From assembly GCF_001194135.2 (NCBI RefSeq), contig NC_068994.1, forward strand, positions 59,961,857 to 60,025,856: 64,000 nt of DNA. Direction: 5' to 3'. The stretch comes from Octopus bimaculoides (taxonomy: Eukaryota). The position numbers and the translations under genes were made by a program. Below are positions 39,945 to 53,624 of this stretch, piece by piece. The notes under the pieces were generated by a model that had not been told where the DNA came from, searched no databases, and saw only the letters and a list, made by a program, of their open reading frames with translations. Numbering within the stretch: position 1 is the first letter of the stretch; each line of letters starts with the position of its first letter.

Positions 39945-40241
39945 ATCTGAAACTTTTCTTAAGACATCTTGCAAATGTCAAGCATTATGAGAAACAGAGA
40001 GAAAGAATAGTTGTATGGCTAAAATGTACAGATTGCTAAGGATAGGAACTAGTTCATTGTGTAATTACCACTCAAGCTTATGATCAAAGGATTCTAAGAA
40101 GTTAATCCCAAGGATTATCCAGTATCCCCATTAGTAGATAGACACTTCAAACAAATCCTACAAGATGATGAAAAGTTCTGCTATTGATGGCAACCAACTG
40201 GAAAACATGAAGGAATCAGAAACAAACACATCAGCACATAC

Positions 40242-40349
40242 CCGCTTCAGCTTCTGTCTTCAAGTCAACGCCGTCACTTCGAATTTGCTGCATTCTTTCT
40301 TCAGTTGAGATGAGGCGGCCATCAGGAGCAGGTTCTGTATCTTCAGAAT
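40242..40349 (-). CDS. hts: Adducin tail exon (DSEDTEPAPDGRLISTEERMQQIRSDGVDLKTEAEA), 108 nt, phase 1/1
   Basis: Acceptor ccttgtttcag, donor gtatgt; open frame in the required phase and coding-like composition. Confidence 0.88.
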
Positions 40350-40776
40350 CTGAAACAAGGAAAAAATTAGATTCAGTCAGAAAAAAAGAATTTTATTGTG
40401 ACTTGATCCAATAAATAAATAGAATAAAGATGGCAGCCAGTCTAGGGAGAATGGGGAATAGCTAGAAAACAGGGGGGGAAAAAAGAGGTAGAGTAAGTAG
40501 AAAGGAAAAAAAAAAGATGTAAAATAATGTTGAAATAAAGGACATGAAAAAAAAAAAGATAATCCACAAAGGGCAAAATATTTAAATGGAAATTTGTTTT
40601 AAAAATTAAAATTTCAACTGAATCCAGGTTTTTTCCATTTCTCACAGTTTTGATGTAGTTGAGTCAATGGGAATAAACATTAAACCAATTAGTCCTGTCC
40701 TTTAATAAACAACAGACTGCAAGCACCAACAACTGACACCTCCAAACCTCATCAATAAGAAAACTGTTATAGTTAC

Positions 40777-40969
40777 CTGCTTCATTTATTTTCCCCTCTA
40801 CTTTTTCTTTGTACTTTGCAAGCTCATCTTCAGACACATTTTCAAAAGGATTAGGAGAATAAAGTGACTTGTAGACAATGGCATTGTGTTGATGGTCACG
40901 TCGAATGATGCCCTTGGAAGCGGCACCAATCATCACTACACTGTCTGATGCACTACTCAGGTTGCCATC
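40777..40969 (-). CDS. hts: Adducin exon (DGNLSSASDSVVMIGAASKGII...PNPFENVSEDELAKYK...NEA), 193 nt, phase 0/1
   Basis: Acceptor ttctgttgaag, donor gtaact; GAASKGII and PNPF...EL-x-x-YK motifs typical of invertebrate adducin tails. Confidence 0.93.
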
Positions 40970-41539
40970 CTTCAACAGAAATACAACTATTAAACTCTTA
41001 AAACCAAGACACTAAGAATTGTGGCTTGGAAAAAAAAAATAAAATAAAATAAAATAAAAACAGAATTGAAATTTATGCTAAATTGAATATTAATCTAACA
41101 AGGAATATATTTAGTAAAATTAATCAGTAAAAACAGTTGAAAAGGGAAGAAAATGAAAACATTCAATAAAATGAATTAGAAAGATATCTCTTGAACAAAA
41201 CTTATTATAATAACCAAAGTTGCATCATTTTTTAATATAGTTTATATGAAAAAAATTATTTAATAGTTTCCTATGGTGAGAGAGAGAGAGTGGGGGGAGG
41301 GCGGGAAGAAGAGGTTGGAGTCATTGTTCTAAGAATTCTATGAAAAGATTGGGAAGGAAAAAACAAAAAGAAAATGAAATAGGATCTTTGCTAAATAGGA
41401 CTCCAAGAGTTGAAGACTTAAGTGAGATAACAGTTGATTATTGATCTTAATATCTTTGATTAATTCCATGTTATGACAAAAGAATAATAAGGTAAATGTG
41501 TGTGATATAGAATTTGTTTTGAAAACAATAATGACAAAC

Positions 41540-41632
41540 CTTCATCTTTTGAGCTTCTTCCCAAGTGGTTCCCTCTAGAACTTTGGACTGAGGACCAGCA
41601 TGTACTCTCTCCTCATAATAATCCTTACGGAT
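41540..41632 (-). CDS. hts: Adducin exon (IRKDYYEERVHAGPQSKVLEGTTWEEAQKMK), 93 nt, phase 0/0
   Basis: Acceptor cttttcag, donor gtttgt; AGPQS motif. Confidence 0.95.
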
Positions 41633-42194
41633 CTGAAAAGAGATTTAGAACATAACAATTCAGACATAAAGCATAAAACTTCACAATGATTTATAAATTT
41701 TCAAACAATTAAGCACGTCTTTAGAAATTAAACATTTTATGGGGAGATTTACAGGTCTAAAGTGTTTCCATCTGCTTCATCTCCAAACAACATCAGCTAA
41801 CTGATTTTGGCTTCCAACTAGAAACCTTCATTTCAAAACTAACGGTTGCAATATTCTTAATGCCACATGGACATGCACAGAGTCTAAAGTTCAAACAATT
41901 TTAATCCTTAACAACAACTCATTCCATTCACTGTACTCATCAGATCCCTTCTCATTTCAGAGATGGAATCAAACTTCACAGGCATCATTCTCCTAAAACA
42001 ATTTACTTAATCCTTCACTGCCATCTTTCATGGTTTCCATTCCACACAATACCAGGTAACAACAGCTCAACCGGCAGCATGACTTCACCCTCTTCACTCA
42101 TTCCTAGTCCCCAACTTAAAGAAGAGAACAGTGAAATTTAAGGCAGGGAAACAACAATCAAATTGTCATGGCAACTAAGAGAATTTATGTCATC

Positions 42195-42500
42195 ACCATC
42201 CACACCATCATTCAATGTCAGTGTTCCATGCTGGCATGGGTGGGATGGTACCACAAGAGCCAACCAGGCAGAAGCCTGCACCAGATTTATGTGACTGTTT
42301 TGGTAGGATTTTTACAGCTGGATGCCCTTCCTAACACCAACCACTCAGCAGAGTGGACTTAATGCTTTTTATGTGGCACAAGCACAGGGGAGGTCAGTTT
42401 TGGCAAGGTTTCCACAGCTGGATGCCCTTCCAAATGCCAACCACTTTACAGAGTGGACTGGGTGCTTTTAAGTGGCACCTGCCCTGACAGGGTCACCGAG
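42195..42500 (-). mobile_element. SINE-like family A, two tandem or overlapping copies
   Basis: Reverse-complement core cagctggatgcccttcc...aaccac occurs twice. Confidence 0.75.
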
Positions 42501-42799
42501 TACCTTGCAAGACAAAAACTTTTAAGAGGGGAGGAAGTGATGATGAAAAGGTTATAGTGAAACAGATATAGGTGTCTTGCTGAAGAGACAGTACAAGGTA
42601 CCTGGCCAGAGGTGGTCAATCTGGTTTATGTGCTCACCAGACAGATAAGTGATTAGGTGGCTGGCTGGTTTTTTGAATGGATTATAAAAGTTGTGGAAGA
42701 AGTAAAAATGCCTGACTCCACTGACCATGAAAATTAGGTAGCCACAGTCAATATTAACAGCCAGCAGAATTGTTACCACATCAGGAAAAATGCTTAGCA

Positions 42800-42945
42800 G
42801 CATTTCTTCTTCCATCTATACATTCTGAGTTGAAATTCCAACGAGGTCAACTTTGCCCTTTGTCTTGTTTAGCACTGGAGTTGATGCATTCGACCTATCC
42901 CACCACCTCCCCCAAAATTGTTAGCTCTGTCCTAAAATTTGAAAC
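42800..42945 (-). mobile_element. SINE-like family B copy
   Basis: ttctgagttgaaattccaacgaggtcaactttgccc...aaaattgttagctctgtcc. Confidence 0.65.
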
Positions 42946-43044
42946 CAATTTTAACAGCCAGTAAACAGTGAATATTATCAATCATCAGTCATATTTGGAT
43001 TTTTACAGTATTAGGACAAGTTAGTAATAAAGCAATTTACCAAC

Positions 43045-43158
43045 CTGCTTTTGTTTGTCTCTAAATTCCTTAGGGTTTTCTCCCTGTGGGGCAAACTGGT
43101 TTGCCTTTTCTATCTTTACATTCACACTTTTTGTACTGTCGGAATTCTCAGCAACCCA
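43045..43158 (-). CDS. hts: Adducin exon (WVAENSDSTK...NQFAPQGENPKEFRDKQKQ), 114 nt, phase 0/0
   Basis: Acceptor atttttcag, donor gttggt; NQF-x-P motif of the adducin neck. Confidence 0.95.
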
Positions 43159-43777
43159 CTGAAAAATATCATTTAGTTTGAAAATGGTTGAATTCATGAG
43201 TAAGAAAGTGACCTAAATGTTGATATCAGACAAATGTCCAGCCATTACATCTTTCTCATTTCACAGCACAATATTTTCATGTTCTTTAACAGCCCTAACT
43301 TTGAAAACCAACTTTATTCAGAGAAACACAATTAATGTTAATAGAAAGGATTAAGAACGAAATGAAATATGTAGAAAAACCAAACAAAAAACTACAAATG
43401 AAGAGTAGAATCTCTTTAGAAGTGGCTGGTTTTGAGTTAGAATCTAGGGGGAGTCTAACTAGGAAACTATTTAAGACCAGTGGGCAATATGAAGTGTATA
43501 TCAGTTTTAGAATTGATGAATCATGTCCATGTGCATCATTGGAGGTGATGAAGAATTGGAAACAGGAAAGGCATCCAACCATAAAATACTGCTTCAGAAA
43601 ATCATTTAGGGATGGTAAGCTGGTGGCAATGATGAATTAGCAGCAAATATGCAGGGAAACAATAGAAAAAGGAGTCTATTTCTCTATCCCAAAGGAAGTA
43701 AAATATATTTGTGTATTTCTGAGAGAATTGAAACTGTCCTTTGAAAAGAAAGAAAAAAAAAGTTTGTCACCCTATAT

Positions 43778-43922
43778 CAGGGGTCTCCAAAGTGGTTGAT
43801 ATCGATCCCTGGGAGCCAATGGGACTGTTCAAGGTGTTGATAAATGCACATCTGCTTAGTTATTATTTATTTTCTTGCACATACCTGAGGGTTGATGGTC
43901 TAAAAAGGTTTGGGGACCCATA
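43778..43922. mobile_element. hAT-type MITE, 145 bp, with degenerate TIRs and an 8-bp TSD
   Basis: TIRs caggggtctccaaa / tttggggacccata; flanks ccctatat (43770-43777) and ccctaaat (43923-43930) match at 7 of 8 positions. Confidence 0.7.
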
Positions 43923-44029
43923 CCCTAAATCCATAAAATATTTCTTGTAAATATGATCCTAATTATGTTGTGATCCATTGAAATACTACAAATTTGCTGG
44001 ACTAGCAAGCAACTGCACACATTCATGTT

Positions 44030-44225
44030 ACATCTGTTTTCCATGCTGGCATGGGTTGGAAGGTTCATCACAGTCCAAGATGTTTCTTATTTGGAGCTAC
44101 TGGTCCAATAACTAGTGTTCGTAGGCACCATTTGGTTTGGTTTCAATGGTTGGATGCCCTTCCTATTGTCAACCACTTTGCGGAGGCTGCTTTTTACATA
44201 GCACCAAGTAACTTGCAAGATAAAA
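44030..44225 (-). mobile_element. SINE-like family A copy
   Basis: ccatgctggcatgggtt...tggatgcccttcctattgtcaaccactttg. Confidence 0.75.
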
Positions 44226-44426
44226 CACTGAGGGGAGAGTGGGATTGAAGGAGAGGGTTTCGTGCCTTGTTATGCCCTTGACCAAGCCTGTGCAGACTCA
44301 AGGTCAACCCAATTAAAGAGACAAAGGCAACATAGCGCAAGGGAGACGACTCTCATATAGTTATGAGGAGAAAAACATCTGTGACACTGGTGGCCTTAAA
44401 ACTTTGTTCATTGATAACGTCCGTAC

Positions 44427-44559
44427 CTTTGTAATCTTCTTTGGGTTTGTTGTACCAATTTCATCAATTTCTTGTTTTTTGTATGTGTTTGGTGAAGTTA
44501 ACCAACCAGCTTTGTACTGCTGCTGTTTCTGTCTTTCAAGGGCTGTTCGGAGTGGAGAC
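44427..44559 (-). CDS. hts: Adducin exon (SPLRTALERQ...WLTSPNTYKK...KITK), 133 nt, phase 2/0
   Basis: Acceptor (ttg)n-cag, donor gtacgg; WLTSPNTY motif; phase matches the previous exon. Confidence 0.96.
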
Positions 44560-45172
44560 CTGCAACAACAACAACATTCATATTTAAAATAATAATAATA
44601 ATAATAGTGCTCAGGTGCACTACAATTCATCAAAGGTCCATGTATAGTAAATAGAATTATGTACAAATGCCAGGAAAGTGAATAGTGTATGCGCCATGAT
44701 ATACATACATGTGTGCATGTGTACGGAGGGGGGGGGAGATATCAGGTGTGGTGTTGGTGAATTTCAGGAAGTATGGAGGTTTTAAAGTATGTATGATCCA
44801 ACAACTAATAATTTTATTTGACTAGTTGGACTAACATCAATATATTGATAGTTATTTTTTTTAATTTAAGACAACTGTGTAAGTGGAAGATTTAATGTCC
44901 TGGAGAGATGTTGACAAAGTTTAACCCTGAGAAAGATTTCAACACCAAGATGACAAATTAAGGATAAAGTTTGAAGAATTGTTCTAGCAGAGTGAATCTT
45001 CAAAGAAGGCAAAGAAATAAAATTTTTCGTTTTTAATCTGTTTCAGCAATAACTTGACAAAATGAGACAGGAAAAGGTGAAAAACAGTTGACCATTATTT
45101 TAAGCAGCCAAAGTAACTTGCAATGAAGAAAAAGTATCAGAATAGACTGAAATGAAATGAAATGAAACTTAC

Positions 45173-45312
45173 ACATATTTGGAGCGATCAACATCCCCAT
45201 CATAAACATAGGTGAATGAGCTTGATGAGGGGGGTATCTCAATATCAATATTTGCATGGTCTTTCTCCTGTTTCATTAAAGGGTTACGATAGATGTACCC
45301 TGTGCGGAAACC
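45173..45312 (-). CDS. hts: Adducin exon (GFRTGYIYRNPLMK...VDRSKY), 140 nt, phase 0/2
   Basis: Acceptor ccttacag, donor gtaagt; conserved G-x-RTGY and EIPP-S-S-S-S-F. Confidence 0.95.
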
Positions 45313-47721
45313 CTGTAAGGAGAAGGGATGAAAAACAAACAAAAAAAAAATTAAGCAATTAAAAATGACCTCTTTTGTAAAAAGGTGTGCTGAATCAGAA
45401 CTGAAGCAGATTTTAGAAAAGAAAAAAAAAAAAAAATTCTGAGATAATCCGGTTAATATTATGTCACAAAACTAGAACTGAAAATAGACTTTTTTTTTAA
45501 AAAAAAAAAAACTGTTTTCTTTCTTTTAATCTACTTTAAAACTTTTCCAAAGAAACTTTACACTAAAATGTCACAGGAGAGATAGTGACTAATTAGTTCA
45601 CTCTGTAGCAAATAATGTCAACCAATTAAATTATGAAATTTTACTAAAAAAAAAAATTATATAGTAACAATTTTTAATTGAAAAGAGTAGAAGAATCGGT
45701 CTGTGCCATATCCTACATTAATAAGAACCTGAATTATTATCAATCATCTTTTGTTGGCCTGTAGAGGAAATGCAAGAATTCCGATTAGATATGGTTTGCA
45801 GGAAATTATTTCTTGTAGTCAAAACTAATAAGAAATTCTGATTAATGCAAGATTATTTGCCAACTGATCAAAGACTTGAACTCCCTACTAATGAAAAGAC
45901 TGTAAGAGAAAGGTTTTAAGTGAAAGTTAAATTTATTTATTTGTCCAACAGGTAAATAGTATAACATTCTGAATAAACTGACGTTCACTGATGAAACTAG
46001 CTCCAATTTTGAAGTGTTATTGCTATAATTTAGTCAATGGCCATAACAAGTATCATCATTATCAAATAATTAAAATAACAGACACCTAACTGAAAGCAAC
46101 ATCACCTTTCATGTAACCTTTATTATTTGCTACAATTTCTAAACAAAATTTTTTAATTACAAGAATATTTTCACATTTCATATTCACTGACATTTTCTGT
46201 TTACCAGGTTTTCATATTCTAGTAAAAACTAAAAAAAAATTTAACCTAAAAGACCTCTCAGAATTTAAAGTGAAGAAACTTTGAAAGAATTAACAAAATT
46301 TATTGCAAGACTACAGGGATATTGAATCTAGTCCTCACTAAATAAGTTTCATAAAACATATTGTGTGAAATCTTTGATATATGTAAGATATCCAACTATA
46401 TACTGAAAAATCAATGTAAATTGTCATTCAATCTGGATGCTAATTGTTTAACAGCTAATAATATTTCATCTTGTCAATTATTAGTTATTCTGCCTTCTAC
46501 AATCAACAGATGCAAAAAAACCCTAATTGCTCTTTCTTTGAATAAACATAGCGTGTCAATGAATAAACGGCTGATCTGAATCGAAAATGCTTACAAGGGT
46601 CTCCCTTGCTTGGTTGGTTGGTTAAAGAATAATATTTGCTCAGCTGTGATTAATTCTCACATTGAGAGCATTGGAAACAGTTGCTTCTCTGTTACTTTAA
46701 TATATGGTCATCATTCCTTTATAATCAGATTATTTGTGGCTTACAGCTTGCTACCCAAGGCTGACATATTTTATCTTTATGGTGTCAATTATGAGTTTAA
46801 AAACATGGACACACAGACACACACCAAGTTAGGAACCAAAAGCAAACTTCAGATGCTCAAAACTAATAATTACTAAATCATTCCACATGAGACATATAAG
46901 TATGGAACCAAACAAAGGAGCACTTATGCAATCACTCCTCCTACTAGAAACAGTAAGAAGCTTCCTTCGAATCACACACTGCTGCCTTATAAAAGGACAC
47001 ATCAGATAATATAGTCCTAGATGCACAGTGCTTTATTTTAAGCTTGAATACCTTCAATCATAGATTTGTTCAACTAGGACAATATCATAAACCGTATAAG
47101 AAATGCAGATCTGTCCTAAAATATTTTTTTTTAAATGTGATAAACAAACCCTATTCACAAATTCCATAGGTTTCAGCTTTTCTGAATATACAAACCGTTC
47201 AAAATTCATTTTTATTTTTACTTTAGATTATACCAATTGGATCTCCCTTCTCGAGTCCTTCATTTAATCCTTCTAAATGCATCCAAAAGTTTCTCTCCTT
47301 GCCTTTATGGTTCCAACCAGTGACAATCCTCTCAAAACACTAACTACATTAACTTCACACATCCATTCTACCTGCCACTAATAAATCACAAAATAGAAGC
47401 ATTCATTTAAATTCTCTTACGTAACACACTTTGAAACTTACTTCACATATATTTACAATACACACACACACACACAGATGCAGTACAGAATTTACGATAT
47501 ATATATCCACATACACATACATAATACAGTATGGTTTTTCAGGCAGACGTCAGCAAAGTAAACTTTCATTTATGGCATTCTACCAATAAACCACATTCCT
47601 ATCTTCACACAAACTGGGTCTAAAGAAATAACATCACAGCATCTGACCTAACTTTGGGAAACTTTATCTAATATTGATAAAGCAAACACACACACACAGA
47701 CACACAGAATGAGAAACTTAC

Positions 47722-47895
47722 ACAGTTGTCCATCATTCGCATGAGAGCCTCAAACTCCAGCTCCCCGGTTTTCCATCTCCTCCCACTGGTATCGACACCA
47801 CCGCCGCCACTTTGATTGGCCACAGTGAAAGTTTTCTTTTGGGTTTCTTCATTCACAAGGACAAGATTGTCTAAACCAGCCGGCAAAGCATTAAT
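47722..47895 (-). CDS. hts: Adducin exon (INALPAGLDNL...EFEALMRMMDNC), 174 nt, phase 0/0
   Basis: Acceptor tcattttcag, donor gtaagt; conserved GGGGV and W-x-x-GELEFEALMR-x-x-DN. Confidence 0.97.
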
Positions 47896-49370
47896 CTGAA
47901 AATGAGACAAACAAAACTACAATTTGGCATTGGTAATTAAGTAGATTCGTCAGCACTCAATGAAAGGTTTCCTCTTCTAAAGATGCTACACTTTTTCATC
48001 AGTAAAAACGGGAAAATACCAGGTTTTTTTTTTGTCTTTTTTTAATCAGGAAATTGAACTAACAAGTTCAGATTAGTATAGTTTAGGTTAGGTTTTACAA
48101 TTAGTGAAACACAATCGTTCATCAGTCTTCAGTTATAACTTTATTGATCAGTTATTGATCTTTACAACCCTATAAACCACTGCAGCATTTCTTTTGTTCT
48201 TCTAGAAAGTAGCTCTTTGCAATAGGAATGGTTACAGTTAAATGGGTTGAGACAAGTCAGGCTTCACTGATTCTTTAGTGTTGAGAATTAAGATGGTTTC
48301 TTTCCTCTAAGCCTGTCAGGATTTCTCTACAGGCTCTGCTATTATCTCATTAAACTTCTCAGCTTATCAGGTTCCGACGTCCTTCATCGGTTTACACTAT
48401 GTGCTTTATACCTTCTCTTATGATGATGATGGTGGTCCCTCAGTCGTTCAGAATCGAGGCTCTTTATTTTGAAAGGGCCATTGGACCATTCTACTTCTCT
48501 TACTGTTTGTGCTACACATTCTTCCCATGCTGTTATCGTTAACAGAAATGATAGCATGCCGCCAGACACCCTACTTTAAGGTGGTTCTCCAATTAGCTGA
48601 GGTGCAAATAATCAGGAACCAGAGCTGATGGAATCTTGCTTGCTCAGTCATGCTTTTGAATTGATGAAATGAATAACAGCAAAACACTGAGGTAAATTCA
48701 GTTGAGCAGAAGAACTCTACCAATGCTGAGTAAGGAAAGACTTTGGCAACTGCTCGCCCCAGCCTTAGTTGCTTGTTAGTCAATCAGACATGAAATATTA
48801 AAAGAAGGACAGGTGTTTAGTGTCAGGTAAAGAGATGTCAATCTTAAGTTTTAAGTAAATGCACCTGACTTTACAACAAAAGGTAACACAATCAGATTTT
48901 TGTTATTAAATTGATTATCTCTAGAAAAAAGTTTTCGTTTTTTGAGAACGTTAGAATAAAAGAAATCTAGTTTAATTGTTCTACAAGAATCCATTTGCTA
49001 TTTGTACTGGTTTTCCAAGTGATAGGATTTGATTTTTTTTGATGGCTTGTAATGAAAATATGAATTTAAAAAATGCTCAGGAACACAAAAGTAATCCTAA
49101 CTCTAGTAATTTAAATTAATATTAACATAAATTTTATTAAACCAATAAGAATAATAATATTTTATCTAGGTATAAGACCACACATTTTAATCTGTAAATT
49201 TAAGTTTGGCCAATTCCTTTAAAATACAGAAATCACAGAAAGCTTAAAGAAACCTTAACTGATAACAGCAGTTCAGAGCCTGCCTTAGAGCCAAAGCTGG
49301 AATTACAATGGCTTTGCAATACATCTCATATGAGAGTCTGTGTCAAAATATAACTGAAGAAATTATTTAC

Positions 49371-49469
49371 CTGAGTGTCACAAGCTTTCATGACATTAAA
49401 AGCAAAATGATAAGCCTCTTCAACAGACTCGCCACAAGCTACGATACCATGGTTACGGAGGAACATGAC
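49371..49469 (-). CDS. hts: Adducin exon ([33 protein letters not shown]), 99 nt, phase 0/0
   Basis: Not in the ORF track; read by hand. Acceptor gtaacag, donor gtaaat; carries the conserved LRNHG motif. Confidence 0.96.
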
Positions 49470-50289
49470 CTGTTACACAAAGAAAACAATAGACTTTCAT
49501 TAACACCAAGAAAAGTTGTAAGATTTTAAGAAGTTAAAGCAAGACAAGAGGATAGACCCACTTCAGAAAATGTATGTGCACGTCCACCTCATCTTTCCTT
49601 CCTCTTTTCTATTGCTTGATTCTCCACTTTCTGCTGAATCACTGGGTTTCCTGCCTCTTGCTGAAAACTTTACCATTTCAAGTCTCTCCTCCCATCAGAT
49701 TTTAATTTAACCAGGAAATCAAATTTTGTGTATATATGTTCAAAATACTGCCACAAACAAAGTCTTCGATGCTGCATTAGATATCATCCTTGTTGTTTTA
49801 ATATACACTTTTCCATGAGTCAACTGGAATTCATTCAAGTAGATTTCCTACAACCAGTGCTCTTCTGCCACAAACCCATACCTCTTTCCAAAGCAAAGTA
49901 ATATTTCTCCATGGTTGGACATGTTTTCATGGAAGATTGGAAATGAAAGAGGACACCACTTGTATGACAATGATATTCATTTACAACTATCACGTTGTCA
50001 AGACAAGGAAACACAAACAAACAATGCTCACGCAACTTGCTAAATTCAATTATGCCCTACACTATCATGTAATCACTGAAGCCTTCTTTTGATGCATATT
50101 GCTTGCATACACTTCTCAGCTATACACACAGACCTCTATAAATATGCTTACACTTAGTAACTTAGAAAAGAAAGAAGCATGAAAGAGCTGCTATGAAAGG
50201 CTATTAAATGCTCCTGGTCCATCAGAAATTATCACTGGGATGCTTAAAATATCTGGTGGAGTTGGATATGGTACAGTCATGCTGTATAG

Positions 50290-50485
50290 TTAACCAGTGC
50301 CATGCAAATTGGCATATAAAAGCACCCTGGTGACAAGCAAATGACATCCATTACACTCTCAGAGTGGTTGGTGTTAGGAAGAGCATCCAGCTATAGAAAA
50401 CCATGCCAGCGTGCTAGCCTGGTCAAACCGTCCAACCCATGCCAGCATGGACAACAGACGTTAAATGATGATGATGATGATGATG
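50290..50485 (+). mobile_element. SINE-like family A copy with (GAT)n tail
   Basis: Core gtggttggtgttaggaagagcatccagc...aacccatgccagcatgg...ttaaatgatgatg recurs at many positions in the window. Confidence 0.8.
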
Positions 50486-53400
50486 AATTAACAAATGAAT
50501 GTTTCACAGATGAAGATCCAGGTTTTATCACCTGGTTATTCCGATATAAAGCAGGGGTTACTTCAACTGCATATGGAATCATATAGAGCAAGAGAGAAAT
50601 CAGGTGTGCCACTTGAATAGGAAATCTTCCATGATTTACAGAGAAATAGTTTGGATTTAAGTAGAGACTTAATTAAATTAGAATGGTTGGCAATATTACA
50701 GCCAGCAATAAAACAAAAGATAGAGGAGTTCACTGTGAACCAATGGCCATCGACACCAGTGGTGTGTCTCATAAAAACATCCACACATGGACGGCAGCAA
50801 ACCTTGCAGCTGGTCCAAGACCATAGCCACAAAAACTCCAATGAAAGACATACTGCGCTCCTGAGTTGGAGTCAATGGCAGAGAGCGAGAAGAAGTGATA
50901 TTCAATAGAATCTCACAGTAAAATGTTCTTCAATTCTTGCAAAATAAAAAAAATCTTTTTTTTTTTTTATGATTGACAAGTTCTGACCTTTGTATTATAC
51001 AATGAATCTGCATTTTCAATGAGATTATTATTTCTGTCAATTGGTGTAGATATCAGTCTCTTGTTAAATCAACAGAATCTCTCTGTAGCAGAACCAAGAA
51101 ACAGTTATTGCTGAACATTCTTACAAAGTAAAAAGATCTTTTAAATAAGCTAAGTTCTTATATTTTCTTATGTGAGTCCCTATTTACTTGAGATCTGAAT
51201 CTATTATATTAGCATGTGTTTTTTTATCTCCACTGGATTATGTCAATATGACAAGAGAATGCAATGCTAAGCCTTAAAACAACTACGAGAAAACCTCTAT
51301 TCATACAAATATAGCAAAATAAAATTGCTTAGACTGCCCAGATATTTTTCAAAACTAATATCTAAAAATATTAGGTTTGCACATGCATAAAATCATTAAA
51401 TGGCATCATGCCAAACCAGTCTGCTGATTAAATAGAAGCGATGTAAAAGGTTGAAGTAACCTTTTACTATATATGGTAAACGAGCAATGCAAACCTTGCC
51501 TGTTCAACTTGCACCAATAACAATTAAAACAATTATGAATTCTGTGATATAGCAGTAAAACAAAGCTTTAAACGACATTTGTTAAAAAAAAAAGACCCTT
51601 CTATTCTACTCCTATTTTTTTTAAGCTGTTTATTAGACAATCACAGCAAAATCAAAGTAATTAACAAAATATTTCTTTATTGTGTTATGAATTGCAATAA
51701 TTCAAAAAGAATGAAATACTTAAAGAAAGCTTTATTTCTTCGCCCTTCGATTGCCGTTTATATATTTAGTCAAAAGAAGAAAATAAGATCCAAACTTATT
51801 GTTAGAGAAATGACTTTAGTGTGTCACAACTACCCAAAATCGATCCCAGGCTTGGATTCTGGAGCAGACAAAAATAAAATATCAGTGCAGAGCAGTAGAA
51901 TAATTCATGTCAGATAAGCATTTTTTCTGGCTGTTTCCATTTTGTGAGCATGGGTAATCAACTGAAATCTGTTAACTCCAGTTTAATATTACTAAATGGT
52001 CACTAAGTGCTTTTAACTAAGTTCATCACTCTGCTGTCCAGCAAGTCTTCAAATTGCCAAGAACTTCTTTCGTTCCGTTCGTCTCAGAAGAAAGATTCTT
52101 GGGTGTTGTCTTTCCCTTCCTCAAAATGCAGTGCACGTAAACAAAAGAAGAAAAAAAAGAAAGAAAGAAATGAAATCTCGATTTGTCTACAATCAATAAA
52201 TTCTGACCAGTGTCTAAAACACAACCAAATTCATGCAACAGAGATGACTTTTCAATCCATTAAGTGACTCATTTGCCTGCTTCCAGGCTATAATAGAGAC
52301 ATAAACCTATGCAAATGGTTGTTTAACAATGAGAATATTGCTTATTATCTTTCTGTGTTTATAATTTGTCGGTTTCAGGTATTTAAGACTGTGGTCATGC
52401 TGGAGCACTGTCATCAAATGCTTTGATTGATTTGAGTCCTTTGATAGTTATTTTATCAACCTTAGACAACAAAGTCAACTGGGTGAAAGGAGACGCAACC
52501 AAGACCGTACCTAATAAAACAAGGTATTCACGCCAAATGGATTGAGTATTTTACCTATCACTAATCTATTAGACAGACAAGCAGGGAGACAAACAACAAA
52601 GAAAACAGTCTCTGTCTTACCAAATTTCATTCACAAAGCACTGATCAACCCAAAGACCTCAAACTATGTGGTAGTGAAGCAAACTTCTCTATCACAAGAC
52701 TTGGTAAGCAATCATTCCTTCCCATGGGCACAATCATGGAAAAGACACCTAAATGTTTACTTGAGCAGAAGAGATAAAAACTGTTTGCAAGGTGACACTT
52801 AGGTCAAATTTAATATAAATGTTGTACAATATTTTTTGCGATATAAACTAGAAATGTCATTAGTGTTTACTTAAATGACACGACAGCCCCACCGGTATTT
52901 CGGAGGACATGTTTGTTTACAGTTTGAACGAATGATTGCAAATGGTCACTAAACAGTCATACTAGCATTATAGTCTTCAAGGTCAAAAAGTAGAATGAAC
53001 TAAAATCTCTGCATTCATTATAATCTTAGATTGTGATGTGTCAGTCATTTATAGCTGTTCATCGGCTGAGTTCACCAAAAAATATTAAACATTTCCTGGC
53101 CTAGATTTTTGGCAGCAAATCAGGTAAAGAAAAAGAGAAAAAAATTGTGTTGGTAGCAGATTACAAATTGACTGGAGATCAGTTTAGTGGGTGAGAGAGA
53201 GATTTGGAGTTGAGAGGTTTGGTTTTGGTGAAAAGTTTTCTTGCTAATGATGCAGAAATAAATTATTTTCAAATCTCTGATATTAGCTACCCAGCCACAA
53301 TCATTAAGAGAAAAAGAATGTATAGAGTATCCATCATTGAAAAACTATGAGATATTCAGATACCTCATCGGAACATAATGTCAGGTAAACTGAACTAATG

Positions 53401-53624
53401 AGTGAAAAGATCAACAGCAGCAGCTGAATTTAGTGATTGTACACATCAAATTCCCACCCAATGGCTTAAGTAAAAGTTTGTTTCCCCAATATACTGGAAC
53501 CAACCTTAATCCAACTAATAATTCTGTTGTTACTGCTGGTCTTGATGATAAAATGTATTCTTATATTCCATGCTAATTAACTCTTGCAGGCCAAACGGAC
53601 TGCTATGGTGCTTGTTGTTATTAT

